DNA from: Hydrolagus colliei
Taxonomy: Eukaryota
NCBI GenBank assembly: GCA_035084275.1
Contig: CM068759.1
Coordinates: 2,418,001 to 2,482,000, forward strand
DNA: 64,000 nt
Direction: 5' to 3'
Positions 25,386 through 38,883 of this stretch are shown piece by piece. Both the position numbers and the translations under genes were made by a program. Below the pieces are notes generated by a model. The model made no database searches, was not told where the DNA came from, and saw nothing but the letters and a program-made list of their open reading frames with translations. Within the stretch, counting starts at the first letter, position 1. Each line of letters begins with the position of its first letter.

Positions 25386-26204
25386 TATAAGCACCGTTCA
25401 CATCAGGAAGATGTCTCAAAGCGCTTTCCATCATCACAGTGAATACAGTTTTATTGTGAAGTACAGTAACTGCATATTTTATAAGCAAATGACTTAGATG
25501 CGGATTTAATTCCGTATTATGTAACTGGACTCATTCCTTCCAGGTCTACTGTTCCGAGGATCAGTATCCGACTTTACAGCAGATCATCAGAAATTCTGCG
25601 CTGCTTACAGTTTCACAAAACAGCACAAAATAAGAAGGGCATTTTGCTAGCCAAGCATTAACACTAATGTTCACAGTTCCAAGCAAGGCGGAATTTAAAT
25701 AATTTATTTTCTCAGTCTATGAGCCATTAATGTTTCAGCCTTGAAACCTAACATTTATAAATCATACGGGCCAGCCTCGGAATTCACCACCAGGAAACGC
25801 ACTTCTAATTGACACAGGCACAGCTTATGTTTGCAGCATTGAAATCATGTTGAAAGCAACCTCTTTAATGCATAATTGTAAATGCTACTCTTTATGACTG
25901 TAAAAGAGAAGAACATAAAAAGCATATTTTGAATTTTTGTTATTAATAGCATTTTATGAATACTTGAGTGCTGTGCGCAGTGATTCAGTTATTTAGGGCA
26001 CATTAAGGAACTGTGCCTCCAAGTAAGGCTTGTTAATTAGGACATTATCTGCAGTCAGAGATCCCTTGTGATTATGAATTAGAGCAGCTTTTGCTTTTTG
26101 GCATTTTTATTCAAATTCAATAGACTTTAAATTTGATTTGTCTCTCTTGATGAAAAGCAGGGATGTGCGGATGTTTCAGTAATCATTACAATGAAAGGTT
26201 CAAG

Positions 26205-26930
26205 GTCTAGATGTCCACAACTGCACAGATCTTGGGATTAAATTCAACGGGGGTGTGCAGAGAAAATGAACTGGATACAAAAAACATTCTCAGACAACTT
26301 GATATGGAACTATTCTGGATACCTACTTTGCAATTTCACCCATTGGGGTCTAAAAGTGGTATTGGCTGTGCAAATTGAAACTTGCAGTTTGTAAGTATGA
26401 TTGCGTGATGTGATATCAAATTTGCTTGAAATAAATTAAATTGCTGGGATTTAATAAACTAGGAACAGACGCTTTTAGCCATTTCTTGGCTGAGGAACAA
26501 AATTCGGCCAGTGGGAAGAGTTCTGATTTGCTAATGCTGAGTTTTAGAATCCGGTTTGCTTTGTAAATCTGCAACATTAACGTCAGCAATATTTCTAACC
26601 GTTTGCAGGAGGTTAAATACAGTACGTTCTACAGAATTTATTTTTGGCAGGTTGAAAAGGACAGAAAGTACTGCACCACCAAAAATATGGTGAGATCAGG
26701 GGCCCCTTCGTAAAATAACATGGTCAACGATTGGGGTCATCAAGTAATGTCCAGCTATGACCCCATATTGGAAAGACCAACAGACAACATGGATAGAAGA
26801 GACGAGTACAGAGCCTACTTGCAACAGTAACAATTAAAAAGGGAGTCCTTTCAGGGTTGTAATCTAATTTTGAGTCAGATGACATTCCTGAATAGTTCGA
26901 ATTTCGCGATTTCTATCTTTTCTGAATCGT
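26205..26930 (-). pseudogene. Unit 2 exon relic (~aa 850-1010)
   Basis: TVASRLCTRL vs QIAEAIFTIL; NSVERTVFNLLQTV vs DAIKDTVQQIVSVM. Confidence 0.5.
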
Positions 26931-28249
26931 AAAATAATACAGTACAGAAAGAGGCTAGAAGTTTTCGCAAAACTTCTAGATTAGATGGTTGCGTTTTAGC
27001 TTCTCCAGTTATTTAGCTCTTTGTATTTTAGAGCACGTTAAATGAATGATAAATATGCAGATGGTGTGCTAACCTACTTTCCTGCATGAATTTGCTAGCA
27101 ATGCAATACCAGAAGCATTTGCATGGCCTCGATAAACTTTGAGATGTTTTATCCTCTGCATGATACCAACTCCCAAATTAAAAAATGACAAATTTACGGT
27201 TGATTTTCTTTTAGATGTGTATATGATAAATGATACATTTCCATTATAAATTATATGCACTGTAAAGTGCTTTGAGGCGTCTCAAGGACGTGTTAAGGCA
27301 TTGCATCAAATGGAAGAATGATTATTATTTCAGCCACGTATCAAGTAATATTTGGTTACTGGTTAATGAGGTACTGAGTGTGTTTAACACCAAGTATTCT
27401 GCACACTGCATCATGGGTTATACATTTACGTGTGGAGTATTTATTTAAATTCAGCTGCATTTTCTATAAATAATGAGTTTTAAGATGAGTCCAAATTTCC
27501 CTACCAGAAATGGAATCTACCAGATTGGAATATAAAACAATTGATGCATTCTACACAGGGTCCTTTGTTCACTTGAAATATAATCTGAATTGGATGAATG
27601 GCCAAGGGCTTGGTTGCATTTGGCTGTCGATTTTCATTCACCTAATAACTGACCATATCATGCTTAATGAAAATTTAGATACAATTTAGTGCTGTTAGCG
27701 GATTGAAATATTAAAATAGTGAGACTAACTGACAGCGCAGAGGGCTAAAATGTAGCATTATTGCTAAATGAAGCCTGTTGTATATTGGAATTGTACAGTT
27801 CAGACTCCTGTATCACCTTACTGGCCATTTAATGGATGTTTAATTTATTGAACCACTGAAAGAGAAGTGGCTGTACTGTATTGAATGATTTTTTTTCAAA
27901 TGAATGAGCTACTAGTCATGTGTGAAAGCTCAAATCCAATTTAATTCGCTTTCTCTGTGTACAGCGAGGAAGTAGATGCCAGTGTAAAGCTTTGAGTATC
28001 TTTATGTTGAAAGACATTCACCAGAGAACCGGCGAAAGGTTAAACATGAATCCGTGCTTCCCATGGCTACCTACCGATCTAGCAATAATTAACCATCCCT
28101 CAGGATTCTGTAAACTTATCTCCAAACACAGCAGCTAGAAAACTAGCTGTTTATCAAATGTGTTTGGAACTCTTCCTGTCAGACACCAAGTATATTAAAT
28201 GTGCTGTATGATGATGGCTTTGGGACTTGGAATTCGCATCATCTACGCT

Positions 28250-28400
28250 CACACTCCAGTGCAGTGTTGGGGGTGTGCTGCATTGTTGGAGATGCAGTTT
28301 AACGTCTCATCTGAGATGAGACGTTAAACTGAGGTTTCGACTGTCTGTTCGGGTGAATTATAAAGATCCTGGTATTTGACATTTTGAAAGAGATGATATA
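28250..28400 (+). mobile_element. Old Deu-domain SINE fragment
   Basis: CTCCAGTGCAGTG...GATGAGACGTTAAACTGAGG...CTGTCTGTTCGGGTG...AAAGATCC. Confidence 0.7.
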
Positions 28401-29009
28401 ATAATTAATTTTTTTAAATATATACCGTCAGAGTGAAGAAAAACAATCATGTGTCATTAAAAGATATGCAATTCCCAAAATATATCTTTTATTGATGCTT
28501 CCCAATTTTATGTCCTTTACAATGAGTATATTTTTTCCCCTAATTTATCTGGAGCAAAGGTAAAGTTATAAACATGAGCTGGCTGGAAAATGATCTAAGT
28601 CTAAACTGGTCTTTGTTCAGACATCTCAATGCAGCAATCTTTATAGCTTTGTAAATGAAAGCCATAATTTATTGGCACTTCTCTTCATTAACTCCAGTCC
28701 CATATGTCAAAAAAAATCAATCATAGCTTCCTTAACTGTTAATATAACACTGACATTGCACAATCACTCAGAAAAGCTAGACAAACAGCGTAAGAAATAA
28801 AACACCAATTTAGCAAATTGTAAACCATGAGGTAACCCAAAATAGCCATGCACGTATTGAGAATACAGTTCCGATCCTTATTACAAGGCTTGAGGGTCAC
28901 TTGGAAAATATTCTGCAATAGTCACCTCTAATCATACAATTATAAACTATGGTATTTGTCCTTCGCTATTTAAATGGTTGTGGGCTAAAGGAGCAATTTC
29001 AAGTTGTTA

Positions 29010-29950
29010 GCTAATGTTTTCAATATTGGGAATGATGATGATGACCAGCTCCCCCACTGCCGGTCGTGCTGCACGCCACAAAACAGTTGCCTATTTGTGA
29101 AGAGCAGTTATTACTGTAGTTCGAAACAAGGTTTGCAGCTCTGGCCGCCAAAGCACCCAGAGTTACATCATCAGGTGAGAAGATTGAGCCAACTAAAGGG
29201 AATTTGGCATTTCCGATCAGTGGGGGAATGTAGCCAGCGGAGCCTATGTTATTGTTCAGAGTTGGTGCTGAATGGATATGAACTCATTGCTTAACCCGGC
29301 AAACATGGCATTTTGCTCTTCTTGTGGCTGTCATCATCCTTTGAGATGGGAAACCGGAGGTCTTGGGCAGTTCTTGGGAAGATGTCATTGACGGGCCTGA
29401 TGGAGGTGCAACGACTGAATTGGACGTCGCTTCTCTTTCGTGGCCACTTTTTCTTTCAAGTCACCTGGTTGTGATTTAGCAGGCTTTAGCTAGGCTGTTG
29501 CGACTCCCTGTGTCTAAAGCTTTTTACTAATGTGTTGTTCCGGAGGGATTGCAAACTCGGTTATTTCCAGAGAGCCATTAACCAACAGCTGGAGAAATGG
29601 CATAAATTTTTTTTGTATTCCACTAGCATCGCGGAGGGTTGTGTTCTGGAGCCAAATATTGCTGATGATGAGCACAGCTGGATTGCCAATGCGTTTGTTT
29701 CTGATGGGGTCATTAATTATCGAGACATTCATTTTCTACTTGTTAATCATGCTGAAACTGTAACATCTCAACTCCACCATGACCAGTGTGTAGATATCCC
29801 TGCACAGCTCAGAGGGCACTCTCATTCCAAATACTCCACAGTTTTGTTTGTTTCCCCCAAAACAATTACTTTGTTACAGCTCTCAATAGTTGTAACTCAG
29901 GAAATTGCGGGGACTTGGTTGTTCAGACATCGCAAAAAGGCGCAATAGAA
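29010..29950 (-). pseudogene. Unit 2 large exon relic (~aa 630-840)
   Basis: MRVPSELCRDIYTLVM vs TILPPKLAQEILVEVL; IPFSWLNLLT vs QPLYWVSCIS; TALHK vs TLLHH. Appears more GC-rich than the flanks. Confidence 0.6.
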
Positions 29951-30943
29951 GGCGCAATATCAAATGTAAGTATTAATAAGTTAAATTAAATTATTATTAT
30001 TAAAATGTAATTCGTGTATTGTTAACTGAGCTTTTACTGGAATTTTCTTTCTGTGATTTTTCTCTGAAGTAACCTTTTGTTTTAGATACGAATCACTTTC
30101 ACTTACAAATTAGTCATTCAAGGAATGGAGGAGAATAGGAGGGGTGGGGAGGGCAGGGAAGTGTATGGAATACACTCAGTGGAATGGACTTGTTGGGCCA
30201 AATGTCCTGTTTCCATACCATATCACTCTCTGAAAATGCTCTTCACTGTGTTCGTACAAAGCACTCACCATGTCTTAGGATAATAGGAAACAAAATATTA
30301 CTTTGTACAGTATATAACTTCATTTCCAAACATTGCTAAACAAACCTATTTGTATTTCTGTTAGACTTCTACATGTCTATATTTGGCAAGTCTTTGCTAA
30401 ATGTATGAGAATTTAATGATGGAAATTGAATTGCATTCTTCAAGTTACAGTATCATGGAATGCATATCCTATAACAAATAATTTTTCATAGGTAAGGAGG
30501 AGATGTTGTTATCCAGTCTGGATCATGGGTCTGAACTCTGATTCTCGAAATTCACAGGAATTCTTTAGTTCAAAACCGTCATTCTGTGAAGAAGAAATGA
30601 AATATTTGATTGTTTAAAAAAGTTTTAAAGCAAAAATGATGAATATTTTTGTCAGGAGTGAAATTGTTTATTGGAATCTTCATGATAATTGGAAGAACAG
30701 TTTATCTGTGTTTATCTTACAATATTGGTATTGTGGTGCCCAGGACTGTTGTAATCTTACTGCCTTCAGGAGAGAAAACAATTTCACTTAATTTCCACAA
30801 AATGAATACCGCATTGAAAATGTTAAACTACGAGAGCTAATGCCTGATCTTTCAATATGATTTACTGTAAACATTTGCCATCAATGGCAGACACATTGTG
30901 GGTTTATAATGCCTGGAGTACTGCTTTCAATTTAGCTATTCAC

Positions 30944-32200
30944 CATTGGAATGAATGGGAATCCAATCTTGTCCATTTCTGCTTCTGCGAAATATCGTCA
31001 ACACATTGAGGGCATGGTTTGAGCAGTGCCTGTGTTGTACTCAGCAATGTTGCTTTTAATTTGCGAATAACTTAATTAACTATTCTACTTTCAGCCGTTG
31101 CATTTCCTGTGTTTTTTTTTAAAAAGTGAATTCACAGCCATTCATAGACCATTTGTTTTGGTTTAATATGGGGAAACGCAATTACCCAAAACAGAATTGC
31201 TAATTTTTTAAGCTGTTTGACAGACAAAACATTTGGCAATAACCATTATTCAGCATTATGGCGCAAGGCTATAGTTTTGTTTATGTTCATTGGAAATTCG
31301 CATAACCTTCATGTTTGTTTAGTCACTATAAAGGCATTGGTGCATCAAACATCATGACAATTTCACAGGAAACAACACTCTTGCTTCAATTGTCCAACAA
31401 ATACATTCATATGGTTATTTGCTGTTAACTGGTACATATATACCCAAGTGTTCTTGGTGGTGCACAATTGTTGTGGTTGTTTTTGTTGTTGTATTGTGAT
31501 ATCTTGGAAAGAGGTCTCACTTTAGCATTGGATCACCTTTACTGAAATATTAAGATACAATGCTAATTGTATAAATAAGAATAATAGTCCCGGCATTGGG
31601 CATAGCACCTTACCAAGTTGCCAAAAATCTCAAAGCACTTTATTGAACGATTGGACGCCAGCATAAAATTCCAATATAATTTGACAAATTGCTTCCCATT
31701 CACTGTTGTTATATTGGATTTCTAACGCAAGCATAACCCTAATGCATAGCAATTATCTAAGTACTATTTGTCAAGCTTATTGAGTTTTCATTGGACAGCT
31801 ATTTATACTAGACGAGTTGATAATGAGTAACACTACTTGCTCTGTGACCACAAAGCCAACCGTTGGCGAATTCTCCATTTTCATTTGCACCATTTGCTTC
31901 AAAATCAGCGTTCATACAATTGTAGAATCGTAGCATTGTGCAGCACACAAGGAGGCCATTTGGCTCATCGTGTCTGTGTCGGCTCTTTGAAAAGAGCCGT
32001 CCAAATCAATCCCACTGCCCCCGCTGTCTCCCCGTAGAACCTGCAAAACTTGTCCTTCACCAAATAATTGTCTACTTTTCTTGTTGTGGGGAATTCCAGA
32101 GAAGTTACCAGGTTCTGTAAAATTCTGGGTGTTCTGTTTTTCTGATAAGGTTCCCCAGAACTTTACGGAATCTCGTGAATGCTCTTATAGTCAGATCATC
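30944..32200 (-). pseudogene. Unit 2 large exon relic (up to ~aa 630), with a CR1 insertion
   Basis: GTGAAT donor. ECICWTIEA vs HCVVTAIEG; CPQCVDDISQKQKW vs CATSILQDAESHHW. Confidence 0.5.
31912..32100 (-). mobile_element. CR1 LINE 3' end
   Basis: TAGAATC-type terminal repeat and GGAGGCCATTTGGCTCATC, closely similar to the copy at 61765. Confidence 0.8.
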
Positions 32201-32214
32201 GATGTATATGTCAA

Positions 32215-32340
32215 TCAAAATTATATTTATATAGCGCCTTTCACGTCGGGGGGACGTCCCAAGGCACTGAATCGTCAGGTAGGGACCAGAGCAGGGGGGG
32301 GGGGGGGGGAGTGGGCAGGGTAGGGCGAAGGAGAGTAGGA
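32215..32340 (-). mobile_element. L2 3' tail with a poly-G tract
   Basis: ATATAGCGCCTTTCACGTCGGGGGGACGTCCCAAGGCACTG. Confidence 0.85.
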
Positions 32341-33284
32341 AAATTGACTGTATATTCATGGGCGAAATTACATCTTAAGATGGGCTCAACTTACGAAAAG
32401 TGCAGTCACCTTGATTGTCTCCAAATAGATCTTCTCTGGAGACCAAAGGGAACTTGTGCATAGAAAGGTTTCTTTTGGCACAGTTGTTACAGTGAGGTGC
32501 CACTATATAATAAAATTCCCATTCTAATCAAAGACTTTGAATATCCTCTATGAATTACTGCAATTCAAGTGGCTCCTGACATAATGACATTATAATCAAA
32601 CTTGTAAAATAGACTAGTGTGACCTCCAGTTTAAAACCCTGGCACTTTTTTTTCTCTCTAAGCATGCGCACACCCATACTAGGCAGGTTAACTGATCGTT
32701 TGGGGGATTTTTGGTTGTGTAGGCCTACTCAATTTTTTAAAAAATGTTTAATTAAATTGCAGTCGGTTTACGCAAACTTTGTACTTTTTTTCAAGCCATT
32801 CTGTACAACCGCATGAACCACACCATAAATTAGGTGTGACATCAGTTGGGGGTCCTGCTAAAATGGTTTCAATTAATTAATTGAATAAATATTGTCCCAA
32901 ATCTCTTTGTTTTTTAAATGGCTTGAATATTCCTGCTCTAGAAAGCCGTTTTTGCTTTTCACTTAAGCACCCTCCTGTTTTGCACACACCAAAGGTTTCA
33001 TTTCAATTCAGTTGCTTTTAACAAGCAGTTAAAAATGCTGACCCAGACACATTTTGCTAAACTAGTTAGGTTTGTCTTAACTCTAGATATTCTGGATAGC
33101 ATCTGGATCCAATGCTGGATAATATCAAGATCTAGCTATATTAGTCATTTTCAATGCTGAGTGAAAGAATACAGCAGCAACAACCACCACAATTTACACT
33201 TACAATTTAAGTCTCAAACATTTTACAAAGATTCAGCTGGAGTCCAAACTGCGAGGGAACAATGGGTTGAAGGGAGGGAAAGCA

Positions 33285-33420
33285 AATAATAATGATAATC
33301 CTTGCATTTGATCTTATCGACGTCTCAAAGCGCTTCACAGAATATACTGTAAAGTGAATTGACTGTATATTTGTGGGCAAAACACAGCAGCCAATTGCGC
33401 ACAGCAGAGTCCCCACAGCA
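33285..33420 (-). mobile_element. SINE 3' half
   Basis: Matches the young SINE Deu and tail segments. Confidence 0.85.
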
Positions 33421-33913
33421 AAGTCGATGAATTAATTAATCTGTAAACAATTTTTGAAGGCAAAGAAAGGGAAGGGGCAAGATTGAAGGAATTTGGAAGG
33501 GAGTTCCAGAGAGCAAAATGTCTGAAAGGTTATCCTCTAATGGAAGGGTGGAGCAGGCGGGATTACAAAGCAGGATTGAGTTGGCAAAATGGACAGAGCA
33601 GCCAAGGAAGTCGGGGAGAGTAGGAACATTTCAAAACATGACGTTGAAGTAAAAAGGAAGCAATTGAATAGATCACGTAATAAGCTTAAAATATGGGATA
33701 AATATGAACAAAATACATTGCTTGACACCTGCAAGAAGTTTAGACTCACTGGAACAATGCAGCAAATGAATTGATCGGAGTGTTTGGATAATTATTTAAT
33801 TCGAATTTTATTTAATTGTCACCCAAAAGGGATAGATGCATGCCTAATGTAAGAATGTATCCTCATTGCATGCTGCAATATAATGTTGTTGTAAACAACA
33901 ATTCAGCGGGTAC

Positions 33914-34330
33914 CTAAACTCACAGTCTATCGAAATTGATCAGTATAGTCCGTTTAAATTGTTACGTTACTGTTGAGAAAGACCTTTATCGTAAACTCAC
34001 AGTTTTGTTATCACGGATCAATAGTAGTAAAGAATCATAATTTCCATTCAGCTCAGACCTTTGGTGCTTTAACAATTGCTTGTTGATTCTCAGTATATGC
34101 ATTGTCATATTTTTCTAGACCTATAATCTGAAGATCTACAGCTAGACATCCTCAAGATATGAAGAGCGAAACAACTTACCCAGCCTCAGTACAACAGAAT
34201 CAATAGTAGAACGTGTATATGATAGACGCTTTTTGGCAGCTGGCAGATGAAGCAATAAAAGGGGGATTGTACCATCGACAGTAAAGTACCCCATGAATAC
34301 ATAACTGCAATACAATTTAATGTTTACGAA
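33914..34330 (-). pseudogene. Unit 2 N-terminal candidate exon relic (~aa 130-200)
   Basis: AEWK then a 1-nt shift to IMILYYY*SVITKL vs SMWDDIRLHLRRFLVSKL; GTACCC donor; weak. Confidence 0.35.
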
Positions 34331-34493
34331 TCATACACTTTGATGAAAGAGTGCACAATATTTATAGTTAGATAAATCAGTCCAGGGCAATGCCATTTTA
34401 AATTAATCTCCTATATTGTAAAATCCTAACATCATACTAACACAAGGAAACATTTCTCTATTATACAGCCTCTAAATTTAAAACCTTCTCTAC

Positions 34494-35195
34494 CTGTCAG
34501 GCTCTCTCCACATCGCACTTGATGTTTTGCAATGTGTAAAAATAAACTATGGGAAATACAGTATTTGATTTCCTCAAAAGAATAAATATTATGATCACGT
34601 AATGAATCGACGAAGAGAGACATCTCATTGGCAGCAAAGAAGCGAAAGCAAATGGTGTCATATTTATAGACCATACAGAAAACTCTGTAGTTGTTAGTTA
34701 AATAATCAAACAGGTGCCTTAGAACTCATTTGTTAGTTTCATGTAAGTCACAGGAAAAGTATGAGCAAAGAAGTCTGCCGAGCCACTTAGATGGGAATTA
34801 AGTACATATTACACATTTTGATTGGAATGAATAGAGATGAATTCAAACATGGCTATAAGTAGCTCTCCCGAAGATCACATTGCAGTACTCGTGTTTTATT
34901 GGATAATTGCAAATAAAACTGAGAACTGAGAATAGAGGGAAACGGACATGATACAGGACAGTGCTGTGTGAATGAGAACTATCTCTTCTGGTCTCTAGAG
35001 AGTCTCTAGTGGAGATTGTGTTGACAAATCTGTCATCTGTCTCTTTGTGAGAAGACATACTCCACTGAATCCGTGATTGTTTCAAACAGGAAGTTATTTC
35101 AATGTCAGATACTTTTAAGGTCACTGGGATCAGAAATGACATCAATTCCTTTGACAAAAGACAGTCTGATTTAGTTTGATTCACATCTACGTCAC
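34494..35195 (-). pseudogene. Half-unit A exon relic (~aa 850-1050)
   Basis: CTATTTTGTCCAG acceptor, GTAGAG donor, open frames of 113 and 80 aa. PLFSVLSFICNYP vs AIFTILSCCSWSP; CVICT*FPSKW vs CLLESMPKEW. Confidence 0.65.
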
Positions 35196-36247
35196 CTGGA
35201 CAAAATAGTCAGAAAATCAGGTGATAACACAAATTCCCAAGACATGCAAGTAAATTGACTGTCTCTCATTTACACACAAACATCACAAACACGCTGATTG
35301 ACCTGTTTTCTAACAAGCGCTTTAAGACGTGGAAAGCACTATATAAATATAAGGATTATTATTATTATTATGTTCTGTTTGTATTTTAGATTTCCAGCAT
35401 TCACAGTTTTGCTTATTATCTCCAACCAATGTTTTTTAGGTTAGCTTCAGGTGACAAGTTGAGATTTGCTGCTGTTGGAAGAATATTTCTAGGTGTACAG
35501 AGAGACACCATAATTAGTTTAATCATTCTTGAGGGTCACCTAGGAAACACACATGGTTTTGTAGTATGGTACTTACACCAATCTCCTTTTGCAGAGCAAA
35601 TCGTATTTTAAGTTTGCATGCGTGACTTTTCTCTTTAATTGGGAGTATTTCTCCCAACTGTGTACTTGCATGTTGCTGTCTGTGCTAAAGAAAAAGAGGG
35701 TGAGAGTAAGCGAAACTGCTGTGGAGTTTGCTTTCTGGGATCAATTTTACAGCCACGACTCAACTATTTTTACTATTATTGTAGGTTAGGTTAGGGCAAC
35801 ACTCACGTCGAAAATGCGGGAAGTTCCAAGTTTATTTATGGTGGAAGGTTGATGCAGAACAAGTGCTCAGCTGTTAAGATTAGATTGAGCTGTTAATCGA
35901 TTGGTGGATTGCGGGTAAGATTCCTGTCCTGAGAAAATAATAATAGTAATTTTGTTACTTAATCCAACACTGTTTGTGAGATGCTACTGTAAGCAATTGG
36001 CTACCATGTTTTGCCATCAAACCAATTTATGTTTGGAAGCTGATGCAGCCGCATAGCACTTCAGGGGTTAACAATATCCGATTAACGCAAATCTTTCAGC
36101 TCTAAAACCATTGCAAAACTTATTGTTGTTCTTCACAAATGACGTGCATTGTTAGATTGCATAATGATTCCGAGTAGTCAATTGATTAGTCATGAAGCGC
36201 AAGTAAACATGCATATCCTGGGTAGGAAGACAAAACGCCATGTTTAC

Positions 36248-36839
36248 ATTCTTCCAGTATGATTTATGCAATAACAAAACTTGCTGGCCTAATTTCTCTT
36301 CAGAAATCTTTTAATTAACTCGCTTCCCAGAGAGGAGGATTCTGGCCAGCGCTAGAGATTCCTCAAACGTCTGTTGCAAGCCAGCATCGCCCATTGTGAC
36401 ATTTACTGGTATTATCATTTGACTTTTAAGCTTTCATACCATTGTTTAGGCAATGGAAAGCTTGTTAATATTCTGGCAGGGTTACATAGCATATACAGAA
36501 GGAGTGTGATGCTGTTCAGATCAAAATTTCTTCACCCACCCAAGACCGCTTGCAAAGAAACAACTAAAATGTGTACCCAGATTACAGACTGCACAGCCAT
36601 CCATCAAACAAAGTTATCATGGCAATTGGATTTTTGCTGGAAAATGTTGTACCGTTTTATCAAATTGCCTCCATTTAATTCTGTTTCCAATCACCATTAC
36701 GTTGAAGACTTTCCTCCCCTAATTACCTTCATAGTAAGAAATGTCTCGACAGAAGAGAATGTCAAGGGGATTTCGAAGAGGTGTATAACATTTAAAATAG
36801 GATTGAAAAAATACACCCATCAAAATACTTTAGGATGCA
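36248..36839 (-). pseudogene. Half-unit A exon relic (~aa 650-830)
   Basis: TTCTGCTGTCTCAG acceptor, GTAAAC donor. VHPKV vs LPPKL; LLLYMLCNPARILTSF vs TTLVILTSPLTELYKTF. Confidence 0.55.
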
Positions 36840-36869
36840 CTGAGACAGCAGAATAAGAAGATGTAGGTT

Positions 36870-37090
36870 CAGAGTAGGAAAAGCTAATTTCAGTACAGAT
36901 ACCAGTAAGTTCTTCTTTACTCACAAGGTATTTAATGACGGGAACATATTGACAGGAAAGGTGTTTGTGTTTGGAACACTGGACTTATTTAAAAAGTGGC
37001 TTGGTGCCTTGTTGGGAGGAGATGATAGAATGAGCGTTCTGTGGGCATGAAATCAAATGGGTCAAAGGGGCTTTCTTCATCCAAGCCAAA
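36870..37090 (+). mobile_element. CR1 LINE 3' end
   Basis: KANFSTDTSKFFFTHKVFND (CR1 motif FF..RV...WN). Confidence 0.75.
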
Positions 37091-37144
37091 TCTGTGAACC
37101 TGAGAGAAGAGAACGACTTTAGCTGTGAAGCATGATGGCCATAC

Positions 37145-37700
37145 CTAACTATAGGCCTTGAGCCCAACAGCTTTGTATTCAGATGTTTCAGCCGCAATAT
37201 TCAGCCTGGAAAAAACATTTGAGTTGCAGTGACCACTCACGTCATTTGTATCTGACTGGATATGAACTTGCTCAAGTTAAATAAATTTTCACTTGGAAGC
37301 TATTTTGGATCTCATCCCCACAGTCCAGCTCAGAATAACATCTGGTGTCTAAGGTTTGATCACAGGACGTGAAAGGGAGTTGTGGAATGTAATGTTTGTA
37401 GCATGAGTAAAGGAGTCTTACATTCAAGTGAAATGTACAGTTCTCTCTTTTTGTAATAAATGTTATATTTAACAACTTTCAAGGCATTATTGTGTTCAAA
37501 CCACTCATCTTCAGTTCACCCTAATTTCTCCTTGCAAGAGGCTGAGCGTAGACACAACATTTTGAACTTCCTTCAGGCACTGCAGGCTTGGCAGGAACAC
37601 AAAATGGATCCGTAGTTGCTGTATTTTAAGTTGTTGTTCCTCAAGCAAATGGCTCAATCTAAGAACAGTTCTTTTAACTGCTATTCGTTGCACGATTTTC
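37145..37700 (-). pseudogene. Unit 1 late exon relic (~aa 1110-1240)
   Basis: LEEQQLKIQQLRIHFVFLP vs LELTEQKINTMVLDLCHKP; LRLKHLNTKLL vs LRLDKMTFSVLL; GTATGG donor. Confidence 0.55.
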
Positions 37701-37704
37701 CCGA

Positions 37705-37908
37705 CAACAACTTTGGTTTTATATAGCGCCCTCCACGCCAGATGGCGTCTCAGAGCACTTCACGAAGAGGAGCCCGGGATCGAGCCAGGGGGGAGGGGGA
37801 AAATATGACCAAAGGCGCGGTCGAACAGAAAAGTCTTACTCTTCAGGTATAACCTGAAAACGGGAAAGGAGGTGGGCAGGTTGAAGGGAGTGAGGGAGGG
37901 AGTTCCCC
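37705..37908 (-). mobile_element. L2 3' fragment
   Basis: TTTATATAGCGCCCTCCACG...CGTCTCAGAGCACTT tail and purine-rich ORF2 end. Confidence 0.75.
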
Positions 37909-38201
37909 TGTACGACCATTTAATGGCATTCATTTCCCAGTTTCATTACATATTTCTGCACCTTAATGCAGACTTTTGAGATTGAATATCTGGCGCACCA
38001 TTTAGTTTGGTTTAGACACACAACTGCAAATTAAAATTCAAATGACTACCTCAGACTGTACCAACCAGCAGATTTATTTCATTGTCAAACTGTAATGCTT
38101 TCTCATCTGTAATGATGTATGTTTTTTTTCACAGATGGTCAGGATTTTTATATTACACACATCAAGACAAGATGCCCTTTCTCAGTAAATGAGCATTGTA
38201 C

Positions 38202-38883
38202 CTGACTTGAGTGCCAGATAAGCTTCTATGCCAGAACAAAGCTCTTTTCTGTTTTATTCACTTCTTGTCAAAACACCAGAGTACCATGATCACCCGCACC
38301 TCTTTCAATAGTCATAGAGAGGAACGTTGTGTTTAATTCTACAATTTAATTTTGCTTTTTTCGGCCTGAAAGCACTTTCATGTTTGCTTCCAAATGCACA
38401 GGGAGTTCCTCCCTTTCATCAGTTCATCGTGGCTTCTGACACTCAGGAAACAGATGACCTTTTGCAAGATGTTCTGGTCGATTACTGCATGGTTTTTGTG
38501 GGACTTCTGTGCAATTTGGTTGTTGCATTCGCCTATAAATACAATCATTAGACTTCACAGTAAAATCCCATGAAGCAGCTTTGAGACATCTTAACAATGT
38601 GATCAACAACAACAACAACAAAATTGCACTTACATAGCGTTTTTCACGTCGGGAGGACATCCCAAAGCGCTGAAAGGTTATCTAATTTGTTTCATTTGTT
38701 ATTCTACAATCCAAGTGGGATATGTTCTCTGGGCACTTTTTCCAGCACTTTGGGATGCGAAAGGCGCTATACAAATCTAATTTTGTTGTTGTTGTTGTTG
38801 AAATTCTCGCACATTCTTTCAACCACTTTTAAACTAGTCCAAGAAACATCAGAATGGAAAGCACTGAGGTGGTGGTTTTAATA
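38202..38883 (-). pseudogene. Unit 1 candidate exon relic (~aa 1065-1110), with SINE and L2 tails at 38494-38800
   Basis: DQNILQKVICFL vs HNQMIQKVIQSI; GTACAA donor; upper boundary uncertain. Confidence 0.4.

Noticed and set aside
29004-29948. Plus-strand frame of about 315 codons with only 3 stops; first considered an endogenous virus or transposon ORF
   Set aside because: No viral or TE motif. The minus strand carries ordered KIAA0825-like motifs, so this is best read as an antisense shadow.
36440-36520. LLYMLCNPARIL resembling the RasGAP FLR..CPA motif
   Set aside because: Superficial; lacks the conserved arginine and fits the KIAA0825 segment better.
36374-36856. Longest ORF in the track (160 aa, plus strand)
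   Set aside because: No ATG start or recognisable domain; codon-aligned antisense of a minus-strand exon relic.
38494-38603. Apparent splice acceptor at 38533
   Set aside because: It lies within a degenerate plus-strand SINE Deu/tail fragment.
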